Origin: an uncultured Methanosarcinales archaeon
GTDB lineage: Archaea > Nanobdellota > Nanobdellia > Woesearchaeales > GW2011-AR15
Direction of reading: 5' to 3'
Assembly (NCBI GenBank): GCA_964552005.1
Contig: CAZKFC010000004.1
Coordinates: 1 to 59,542 of the forward strand
Length of the DNA: 59,542 nucleotides
Under the pieces are notes generated by a model. That model saw only the letters and a program-made list of their open reading frames with translations, had not been told where the DNA came from and did no database searches. Below are positions 1 to 9,100 of this stretch, piece by piece; positions within the stretch are counted from its first letter, which is position 1, and each line of letters opens with the position of its first letter. The translations under genes were made by a program, and so were the position numbers.

Positions 1-96
1 ACTATAGTAGGTATGGGTATGCCTATGTGGCTGCCTGCAAGTCCCGGGATTTACACAGGCTCAAGTTTAGGTTATTATCTTGCACAAACCTTCTAA
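1..96 (+). CDS. 3' end of a probable membrane protein truncated by the window edge
   Basis: Frame 1 is open from base 1 (TIVGMGMPMWLPASPGIYTGSSLGYYLAQTF) to TAA at 94-96; convergent with the minus-strand locus. Confidence 0.45.
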   Translation, partial: TIVGMGMPMWLPASPGIYTGSSLGYYLAQTF

Positions 97-248
97 TAGG
101 TGCGCTCCGTCATACGCTTCAAATTTTTCCTTCAGAAAAACCATTCCGAGCCCTCACTATTCTTGTCTCGTGGTCTGAAAAAACACAATGGTTTTTTCAA
201 CTCAAAAGCTTTATTGACTACTTGGCATTCACTCTTGTTTTTAGCTAT

Positions 249-338
249 CTATCTTAATATATTACCAATCAAACTTAACAATAAACCAACTAAGAAAGGA
301 AGAAAAAATAAGAAAATAATAAATTTCCAAGGTTCCAC
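249..338 (-). CDS. possible 29-aa hydrophobic peptide
   Basis: GTG start overlaps the TAG of 338..883 (TAGTG); translation MEPWKFIIFLFFLPFLVGLLLSLIGNILR; below the ORF-track cutoff. Confidence 0.3.
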   Translation of the reverse strand: MEPWKFIIFLFFLPFLVGLLLSLIGNILR

Positions 339-883
339 TAATAATCACCGAAAAGAAATTCGTAAGCTTGCTGTACTTTTTGGCTGAAATGATCCCATAA
401 ATTTTTCCCTGAATTTTTTATAACTTCAACATTATCAGATGGTGTTAAATTATTTATCCCGTAAATTGTAACATGTCTAGTTACATCATAAGGAGATTCC
501 TGCATTATAAGTTCTAATGTGGCAGCACGCTTATCTGGATCTAAGTTTAAAATTGCTGTTGTCCCAACATATGCATTATCAGTTTCAGATAAAAGGTCAT
601 TGTTGACGAAATATTTTACAACATCTGCTTGTATGCTTTGTTCTTGTTCAAGGAACAATTCTACTGCATATTCTGTTTGTGTCTCAGCCGGTAATGAATG
701 ATAAAGCCTGTCTGCTAACCCTAGTCTTACATTAGTAGGATTTTTAGCATATCCTATTATTCCCCCTGTCATAATAGCAGCTGCTGTTAAAGTTATTCCT
801 GTTATGACCCATTTTTTCATATTAGATTTTGGCTGATTTTGATTTATTCTGCTAGTTCTTGACTTAATTTTGTGGACTTTCAT
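338..883 (-). CDS. membrane-anchored hypothetical protein (paralog B of 5452..5946)
   Basis: N-terminal hydrophobic helix; GGAGG RBS upstream; clearly aligns with the 164-aa protein (NPxxVRL, HSLPxETQT, ELFLEQE, RAAxLE, ESPY, NLTP, YEFL). Confidence 0.85.
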   Translation of the reverse strand: MKVHKIKSRTSRINQNQPKSNMKKWVITGITLTAAAIMTGGIIGYAKNPTNVRLGLADRLYHSLPAETQTEYAVELFLEQEQSIQADVVKYFVNNDLLSETDNAYVGTTAILNLDPDKRAATLELIMQESPYDVTRHVTIYGINNLTPSDNVEVIKNSGKNLWDHFSQKVQQAYEFLFGDY

Positions 884-975
884 TTTAATGTTTAACCTCC
901 TTAAATGACATTAATGCTGTAAAATTTAAAAGAATATCACGACAGAAACCGTAAATCTTCCGTACATAACCGAAA

Positions 976-2556
976 TCATGTTAGTAACTGAATAATCTTT
1001 TCCAATTTATCATTGTATTTTCTTTTTAAGTAAGAATTTTTATCTAAAATTTCAATCAGTCTTTCCACTAGGACTGTGTCCAACTTTGAAAATAAATCTT
1101 CATTATCTTGATAAATAGTTGATATTATCTTTATTCTATCATCCCATGTCCAAATTCTTTTATTACCATCATAATAATCGCCTGCTAATATTTTTGAGAT
1201 TGTTCCTAACAACATTTCAGATTCATTATCAGAATTTATTAAATTTGCATAATAACTTGAGATACAAGCCGAATAATTACTTTTATTGCTAAAAATCTCA
1301 TAACTCCTAATTTTTTCTTGTAACTCTTGAACTTGTTCTTCTAAAATTGAGCATCTTGTTTCAAGATCCAGTAATCTTGAATCTGTCCCTTTTTGTTTTA
1401 TCTGCTGTTGTAGATGGGTTTTTATAGCATCAGGTTTTTTTTCATTAAGTGTTAGTGCCGAGATTTCTCTTTTTAATGGTTCTTCATATAAAGGCACGTC
1501 CCTATCTTTATAACAGTCACTTAATCTTGTTCCATCATTAAATATTGCTTTATCAATTATCTGGCTGTCAAGTTCAGTTTTTTCTTCATCACTTAATTTA
1601 TGGTTGCGTTCAACAATTTTTGGCACGGGCCAATGGTCTTCTGAGGAATCACGTCTAGGGATTCTTTCAAAAAAAAGCACGTCTGATGTTGATTTCATTT
1701 GGCCATTTTCATAATAAAACCGTGGTTTTTTTACCATTACACTGTACGCGGGTTCATCATTCCTGTCATTTACTACAAAAGCAAAAAAGAATTTTAGAAG
1801 CATTTTATTTCCAATTTCAGGTATTTCTATGTTTTTTGATATACCCCATGATTCAAAATGGCTCTGTATAGTTTCTTTATCTTCTTCTTCTGAAAAATAA
1901 ACATCAAATTCGCCGTGAGAATGCCCAAAACCAACTATCCTTTTACCCTGGCTTTTCACTTCTTTAAAAGATTTCAGTTTACCCATAGGTGTAATATTAC
2001 AATGATCGCTTTTAATAACTTGTTCGTGCCCAATAATCACATCTCTTATTGTGATATCGGGTTCTCTATTTACTAAAGAATCGTCTAGTGCATACATACC
2101 AATTTCATAATGTTTTCCTTTGCCAGCATGATCAGATAATTGTGAAACCCTGGTTGCAATGTATTGTGCCTTTTGTAAAGCATAGCCTGTTATTTTTATT
2201 TGTGAGATAGTTTCTGCAGCTTGTTTATCAATATCATGATTTATGTCACGGATAATCTTTCTGAGTAATTTATCACGCTTTAATATTTGCCTCTCTTGAA
2301 ATACGTCACTATCTATATAAGAGTCTACGTCAAAATGCCCATCTTCATCAAAGAAATCTCTTAACTTTCTGTTAGTATCTGAAATTGCTGTTAAATATTC
2401 TTCTGGTTCTCTTGGATTTGATAATCTTTGTTCCAGCCTTTCTCTAACTCTATATTGAAATCTTTGTTCTTTATCCCTCTCCATTGAAGGATATTCTTCA
2501 GAATACCTTGGATGTGAAGAATCATACAGATCATAATTAAGTAGAGTTTCTAACAT
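976..2556 (-). CDS. JAB/MPN (JAMM) metallopeptidase-domain protein B with N-terminal extension and C-terminal coiled-coil/helical region
   Basis: YEIGMYAL (catalytic Glu position) and GFGHSHGEFDVYFSEEED (HxH-x7-S, then E at the usual Asp position); heptad-like LETRCSILEEQVQELQEKI. Confidence 0.8.
   Translation of the reverse strand: MLETLLNYDLYDSSHPRYSEEYPSMERDKEQRFQYRVRERLEQRLSNPREPEEYLTAISDTNRKLRDFFDEDGHFDVDSYIDSDVFQERQILKRDKLLRKIIRDINHDIDKQAAETISQIKITGYALQKAQYIATRVSQLSDHAGKGKHYEIGMYALDDSLVNREPDITIRDVIIGHEQVIKSDHCNITPMGKLKSFKEVKSQGKRIVGFGHSHGEFDVYFSEEEDKETIQSHFESWGISKNIEIPEIGNKMLLKFFFAFVVNDRNDEPAYSVMVKKPRFYYENGQMKSTSDVLFFERIPRRDSSEDHWPVPKIVERNHKLSDEEKTELDSQIIDKAIFNDGTRLSDCYKDRDVPLYEEPLKREISALTLNEKKPDAIKTHLQQQIKQKGTDSRLLDLETRCSILEEQVQELQEKIRSYEIFSNKSNYSACISSYYANLINSDNESEMLLGTISKILAGDYYDGNKRIWTWDDRIKIISTIYQDNEDLFSKLDTVLVERLIEILDKNSYLKRKYNDKLEKIIQLLT
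1914..2089. repeat. near-identical block shared with 5036..5211 (JAB cores)
   Basis: 82 bp identical (1914-1995 = 5036-5117) and 42 bp identical (2017-2058 = 5139-5180), followed by a near-identical stretch. Confidence 0.9.
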
Positions 2557-2557
2557 C

Positions 2558-4126
2558 TTAGCAGTGATGATTTTTTTGGGTGTTCCTCCTTTTCCTTAAA
2601 TAAAATCTTTGCTGGCTTAGTGGGTCATACCTAAAATCTGTTTTTAATACATCAAATGAAAACATTGTTCTTATTGATTCTCCAACCATGGCGCTTCCTA
2701 TTACCATGTTAGACATGACAACACTACCATCAGGCTGTTGAGCACAAGACATTGATATACGGGGGTATGTTGATAAATGCAGTTGACAGTCTATACAATC
2801 ACTCTTTCCGGGTTGGTAAACAGCCATCACCCCGCGCTGAGGTCCTGTGCCACCATCGATATATGTTAACCCATTATTAATAGCAAAGTTGTTAAGCCAT
2901 AACCTTGTATATTTATTGTCAACACAACCAAAAATCACGTCGTAGTCTGTTTTAGCCAATCTTTCAGGAGTTAATGTTTTTATGCCTGGATAATTTTGTC
3001 TGTCTTGCTCTGTAACACCAAAATAATGATGCCTAAATTCTTTAAAATTGGGAAAGTTAGGGTCTTTGTTCTCATTAGAATCTTGTTCCCATAGCTTCCT
3101 ATCAAATTCATAAACTTCTTCCAACCAAACTTTATCCTTCTCCAAACTTGTTTGAGCAATTTTCCCATATATGCTGGTTGCTTGAATATGCTTATCAATT
3201 TCTTTTATTCGCTCAGCTAATATGTCTGATTTTTTTTCACCAACCCTATCATACAATAATATTTGACGGTTTAGGTTGTGAGGTTCAACAATATCGTAAT
3301 CTACAATGTCAATCTTTCCAACACCTAATAATGCGAGATTTAGTGCAACGTAATTACCTATCCCGCCTGCGCCCACAATCAAAGCTCTTTTGTTTTTATA
3401 ATACACAGGAAGTTGATGCTGGTCATTATCACTTCCTCTTCTTGAATCTGATAGCAAATTATATATAAGGCTCGAATTATTGGCCATATTACTTTTATGT
3501 TCGTTTTCATATCTAAATATTGTTTTTCTAACTTCTTCACAAACCAAACCAGCAATAACTCCACTTGTAAAACTTCCTTGCGTTTGTTCTTGATATCTAT
3601 CTAGAATTAATGTTTCAAGGTCTGGTGGTTCAACATTTCTTGCGAAGTCTGTTTTTTTTTTTGGAAAATATACCGCCATTTCTCCTTGATAAGCATTAGA
3701 AGAAGCAGATATAATTGGGATGCCATAACTTACAGCATATTTTAATACAGTTTCTTTAGAAACAGCATCATTGGTAGCGTCAATAATGATCTGTGGTTGA
3801 TATGGATAAATAAAGGCTTCTACAAACTTTGAATATATCCCAATAAAATCTAAATTTGGGTTAACTAAGGAAAGGGTGTTTTCTATATGCCTTATCTTTT
3901 TATCACCTATATTTATATCGTCATGTTTAACTAAAAAATCAAGATCATCTCTTGCAATCCTTTTATTATCAATAAAACATATTTTTCCTATACCAAGACC
4001 TGCCAAACCAGTTAAAACCATCTGGGCAAGAACATCCGAGCCAACAACAGCAATAGATGTATTGTATAGCTTGCGCTGGTTTTCTTCTCCCCATACAAGT
4101 ACATTTCTGCTAGTGTGGATAGACAT
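2558..4126 (-). CDS. tandem ThiF/MoeB-domain E1-like enzyme (inactive N-terminal + active C-terminal adenylation domain)
   Basis: Domain 1: SRNVLVWG...IAVVGSDVLA (degenerate Gly loop). Domain 2: LIVGAGGIG, DYDIVEPHNLNRQ, GCVDN, CIDC, SCAQ. Start moved to the MSIHTS ATG at 4126, behind a GAGGT RBS. Confidence 0.88.
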   Translation of the reverse strand: MSIHTSRNVLVWGEENQRKLYNTSIAVVGSDVLAQMVLTGLAGLGIGKICFIDNKRIARDDLDFLVKHDDINIGDKKIRHIENTLSLVNPNLDFIGIYSKFVEAFIYPYQPQIIIDATNDAVSKETVLKYAVSYGIPIISASSNAYQGEMAVYFPKKKTDFARNVEPPDLETLILDRYQEQTQGSFTSGVIAGLVCEEVRKTIFRYENEHKSNMANNSSLIYNLLSDSRRGSDNDQHQLPVYYKNKRALIVGAGGIGNYVALNLALLGVGKIDIVDYDIVEPHNLNRQILLYDRVGEKKSDILAERIKEIDKHIQATSIYGKIAQTSLEKDKVWLEEVYEFDRKLWEQDSNENKDPNFPNFKEFRHHYFGVTEQDRQNYPGIKTLTPERLAKTDYDVIFGCVDNKYTRLWLNNFAINNGLTYIDGGTGPQRGVMAVYQPGKSDCIDCQLHLSTYPRISMSCAQQPDGSVVMSNMVIGSAMVGESIRTMFSFDVLKTDFRYDPLSQQRFYLRKRRNTQKNHHC

Positions 4127-5351
4127 GTTCAACCTCATATAATAAATTACCAATTTTCATTATGTTGGTGTATAATAAAATTCGTTTGTCTAAACTTCTT
4201 TTTTGCAACGGCTTTTTAATGTTTGAACTTTGCTTTTGCAATTCAGTAATTCTCTTGTCAAATCTTTGTTGACAAGAAGTAGTTCTGCTTGCTAGTCTTG
4301 TTGAATACTTAATCATGTCGTCATACATTTTTTCAAGGTTACTTATTTCATTTAACATCTTATTTTTTGATTTTCGCGGTTGGAATTTAGAAAATGCATG
4401 GCCGATTGATGTCATTGAATGATATAGCTGAGAAAGATACTCATATTCTTGTCTTGGTGTTAAGCCATTATTGTATTTTAAAGAAGATAACGACCTAAGA
4501 CCATTCAAAGCTGATTCTTTTATTAATTGCCGTGTATTTTCTAAAACAGATTTATAGTTATTGAAAATATTGTTTAATTTTCTTACCCTTAGAATTAGCT
4601 CTGCATCAATCTTTTCTTTATCAAGTTCTCTATGTTTTCTTGGAGGCACAATTTTATAGGTAATGCCTTCGCTGAACTGTTCAGCTCTGCCATTATGAAT
4701 ATAAGCAATAACACAATAAGGACGCTCATTTGCAGCGTTAAAAGTCATCCCATAAAAAAAAGGTATTGTCAACTGCTGTTTTTGTAACAATACAAATTTC
4801 TGATTTTGATTATATTCTTCAGAATGATCGTCGAACATTGTAGATTGAATTGTGTAAGTCTGTCCGTTTAATGTAAGTTTTAACCCGCGATTCTCACCAT
4901 CAAAATAATATGTAAGTTCATTTTCCTCTTGAGTTAAATCAATTATTTCTTCTAACTCTTTTTTTATACCCCAGTCATTAACATGGCTGAGGATTGTGTC
5001 AACATCTTCACTCGAATAGAAATTTGATATGTTCGCGTGAGAATGCCCAAAACCAACTATCCTTTTACCCTGGCTTTTCACTTCTTTAAAAGATTTCAGT
5101 TTACCCATAGGTGTAATTTCACAGTGTAAAGGTCTTACAACTTGTTCGTGCCCAATAATCACATCTCTTATTGTGATATCAGGTTGTCTATTTACTAAAG
5201 AATCGTCTAGTAGGTAGAAAGCCACTTCCAATGGTGTGCCAGCAAGTTCACACACCCTTCGAGCAATATAATTAGCTTTTTCATATGCATATGATGTTAT
5301 TTTTATTGGAGATAGTTCTTTTCTTATAGTATCTTCAATTGAATATTGCAT
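4110..5351 (-). CDS. JAB/MPN (JAMM) metallopeptidase-domain protein A with C-terminal helical region
   Basis: LEVAFYLL and GFGHSHANISNFYSSED give a canonical E...HxH-x7-S-x2-D. Confidence 0.85.
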   Translation of the reverse strand: MQYSIEDTIRKELSPIKITSYAYEKANYIARRVCELAGTPLEVAFYLLDDSLVNRQPDITIRDVIIGHEQVVRPLHCEITPMGKLKSFKEVKSQGKRIVGFGHSHANISNFYSSEDVDTILSHVNDWGIKKELEEIIDLTQEENELTYYFDGENRGLKLTLNGQTYTIQSTMFDDHSEEYNQNQKFVLLQKQQLTIPFFYGMTFNAANERPYCVIAYIHNGRAEQFSEGITYKIVPPRKHRELDKEKIDAELILRVRKLNNIFNNYKSVLENTRQLIKESALNGLRSLSSLKYNNGLTPRQEYEYLSQLYHSMTSIGHAFSKFQPRKSKNKMLNEISNLEKMYDDMIKYSTRLASRTTSCQQRFDKRITELQKQSSNIKKPLQKRSLDKRILLYTNIMKIGNLLYEVEHVYPH

Positions 5352-5451
5352 TCTAAAAAAGTATCAATAGAATTATTTTTAAAAGACTTCATGAGTTAAT
5401 TTCGTAACTTTTTCGAATAACACTAGAATATTTACGATATTCTTATAATAA

Positions 5452-5946
5452 CTATTCATTTACCAGAAATTCATATAAGCCAACAATTTTTTTAGAAAGA
5501 TATGAAAATATCTTTCCCCCAGATTTAGCAATTAGAGCAGCACAATCTTCTGGTGTTAAATTATCCATACCATCAAATACTATATATTTCTGTATCTCAT
5601 ATGGTGATTCTTCTAGTATAACCTCTAAAGCTGCGGCTCTTGTGTATGGATCAACCTTAAGCAAGGCACTGCCGCCAATGTATGCGTAATCTTCCTGCAT
5701 CAATATGCTGTTTTCAATGTAGTATAAGACCATATCTACTTGATCTTGATATTCTTGTTCAAGAAATAATTCTCCTACAACAGCTGTCTGTGTTTCTTTT
5801 GGCAACGAATGGAATAATTTATTTGCAACACTTAATCTCACACCAACAGGATTGTTTGCATATAAAATTGAAGTACCGATTAAGCTGCCCATTATAAGTA
5901 TTTTTAGACCCTTTGATAATTTATCAATTTGCATAGGAATTATCAT
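5452..5946 (-). CDS. membrane-anchored hypothetical protein (paralog A of 338..883)
   Basis: N-terminal hydrophobic helix; aligns end to end with the 181-aa protein. Confidence 0.85.
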   Translation of the reverse strand: MIIPMQIDKLSKGLKILIMGSLIGTSILYANNPVGVRLSVANKLFHSLPKETQTAVVGELFLEQEYQDQVDMVLYYIENSILMQEDYAYIGGSALLKVDPYTRAAALEVILEESPYEIQKYIVFDGMDNLTPEDCAALIAKSGGKIFSYLSKKIVGLYEFLVNE

Positions 5947-6151
5947 ATGATTAATATTTATAATATCTCACAAGAAAAAACCGAATAATTTCCGTCTTAT
6001 AATAATAAAAAGGTTTATATACTAGAAACGTATTGATTTTTATTAGTTTTACTTGGGGTGATTTGTTATTAAGTATAGTGAGATTTTGTTTAAATTTTGC
6101 GAGTCATCTTTATCTGTTTTTACGCTCATATAATTAAGGAGAGAAAAAGTT

Positions 6152-9100
6152 ATGAGGGAAAAGAGGTTTTTGCTACTTTTAGGAATATTTTTAGCTTTAG
6201 CTATATTATTCACTATCTCTCAGCCTCAACAAGACATTATTTCTACTGATAAATACAACTATACAATCAATGACACAATTACAATTAAATTAAACTATAC
6301 AGATTTTAATAATACAAAGTTAGAAATATTAAATAAACAACACACTTACAATTTCTTTAACCCTCAGCAGTTAATTAAATTTTTACCAAAAGAATATGGC
6401 TTGCATATAATACAGTTCTTTAAAAACTCTAATTTGCTTGATACAGCGCAATTTAATGTAATTAATCCAGAGCCAAAACTAGAAGCACAAGATAAAGTTA
6501 TAGAGCCAACAATTACTAAAATATTTACTGATAAAAATGAATATAACTTATCAGAGATAGTTACAATCATTATTGAGACAGAAGAAGATTTATCTTTATT
6601 TACATTAGAAATAACCAATATAAAAACTTACAAATTTTTTAATTTAAAATCTCATAACATAAAATTTTTGCCGAGCCTACCTGGTGATTATGATGTTGTT
6701 CTAAAAAAAGATAAAGATGTTATTGCAGATACTTCATTTATTGTTACAAATGCTATAGAAAAGTTTTTTATTAGTCCTAGTAAAAAACCAAACTTTAAGA
6801 TATTAAATAGAAGAAACCTTTCTCTAAAATTAAAATCATTGAAACAAACTTTACCAAACAAATTAACTGTTGAGATTGAAGATTCTCCTGTAAAAAAAAT
6901 TGAATTCACAAACTTAGCTTTAGATAATGCTACTTTAAAAATTGATAATATCAATAAAAAATTCAAAATTAACAACAAAGATATTGTTAATTCTTATGCA
7001 ATAGATCCTACTCAGTTATCATTTGACAATGCTACAGTAACAGTAACAGCAAGGGGAATAGAGTTGTGGAAATGCAAAGACTGGGACTTTAATCAGCAAT
7101 TATGCCAAGGGTCTTGGGTGAAACTACAAGATATCACTCCAGGTAAAAACTACACTTTCTTGTTAAACGCGCAAGACCCGGGCTTTGCTGAGACAGGAGT
7201 AGCCACAGTTAATACAAAGAAGCCTATCTACCATCCCTATGAAACTGTAGACATTATAATGGTAGTGCTTGATGAGCAAGGCTATTTGAGAGATGCTAAT
7301 GTCCAATTAACTGTTACAAATCCAAATAACATAACATACAATGTTCCAACTTTCAGAACAAGTAAAGGTATATATGAAAGTACTTTCTCAAACACAGCAA
7401 TAGAAGGTAATTATATCTTGTTTGTGAACGCTTCTGGAAATAATGTAAATTCATCTCTAACTTCAAATTTCTTAGTACAAAATTATTATGAATTTGATAT
7501 CTTAAGAAATACGCCAGTTACAATAGATCCTTTCAAAGGCCCATTTGAATCTAGTATTAGAATTTTCTCATATAATTATACAGGTAACTTTAACTTTACT
7601 GAGGTCCTACCTATAAATTTTACTGTTTATGAAGCAACAGGTGCTATATTAACATCTGATACTGATAATATATATTTAACATGGACCAATCTTCAGAATA
7701 ACTCAATTGTTAATTATACAGCAAATTCACCTTTAAGTACTCCATATTTATATGTACTAGGACCTTCTTTTATAGTTTATAACACGATATTTACAGAGGC
7801 AAGACCTTGGTATTTAGCTGTGGACCCGACTTATTATGGAATTCATTTTACAGGGTTTGAAGCAGATACAACAGCTCCTTGGGATGGGTGGTCTGATCCA
7901 GGAGCAGATGCTCAAAGATCAACAGTTCGAAGCTATTGTACAGACACAGCTTGTGGAGGAGGAGGAGCTGCTAGTATTGAAGTCCAGGATAATGATGCAA
8001 CTGGCTCTTACACTGCGCAGACGTTTGATTTATCAGCGCCATGTGGCGGTGTTGCCTGTGATTCTCTTACACTTTCTTTGTATGTGTATCCGAACAGTTA
8101 TGATAATGCAGATGAAGGTTTTGATATCTGGTGTGATTATGGTACAGGCAGTGCATTTGAATTAGCAGATTGGAAAGATTCTGGGACAGCCGGCAGGACA
8201 ATATGTGGTGTTGAAGCTCCTGAAAATACTTGGACAAAAGTGGAATGTGATTTAACACAATGTACTTTGGATGGGGCTGTTGAAATTAGAATTACATCAC
8301 AAGATTCTACTTCAGGTGGTAACAACGACCAAGTCTTTATTGATGGTATCAATATAACTGGTATTAGAAATATCCCGCCGAATGTCACAGCATTGGTATA
8401 TCCTGGTAATGGCAATAGTGTAAGTGAAGGAGTTGTTGACTTTAACTTTACTGTTGAAGATGTTGACAGTACTATCCAAAACTGCACATTGTATAATAAT
8501 TTTACTGGTGATTGGGAAGCTGACAGAACTATAACTTCTATATCTGAGACAGCAGTCAATAGTATTAGTGTTACTGCCCCAGCAGGTGTCTATATATGGA
8601 ATGTACTGTGTTTTGATGATGAAGGCAAAAGTGATTGGTATACAAGTAATTATACTGTGATTGTTGATTCAGCTCCAGTACTTACAAATTTCCTGATTGA
8701 ACCAACTTTAGAATCTATTACTAGGGATATTAATATCTCAATAAATGTAACTGATGATTATTCTGTCACAGTGATTGCACAAATTACTTTGCCAAACACT
8801 AGCCAATATAACTATACAATGACAGATGCTGACTCTGATGACATATATAATTTAACATTTACAGGCACATCTATAGCAGGGTTGTATAATGTTACTATTT
8901 ATGTAAATGATAGTTATGGCCATATTAATGACAGCAATAAAGGTAATTTCACAATTAATTTAGAAAATTTGTCTATAACAACAGATAAACAAAATTATGT
9001 TGCAGATGAAATTGTTTATATTTACGGTAGAGGATTTAATCCTTTTGTTAATGTTACAGTAAATATAACTGATAGTACAGGAGACCCAGCATTAGACACG

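Noticed and set aside
132-338. In-frame continuation (38 aa) after the TAG of the 29-aa peptide, suggesting stop readthrough or recoding
   Set aside because: All long genes here use TAG as a normal stop; an open stretch this short is expected by chance
27-387. Plus-strand ORFs 27..257 and 100..387
   Set aside because: No motifs or RBS; they overlap better-supported frames; probably shadow ORFs
884-975. Hidden small Ubl gene in the spacers of the E1/JAB locus (also 5352..5451)
   Set aside because: The spacers are too short and contain no Gly-Gly-terminated ORF
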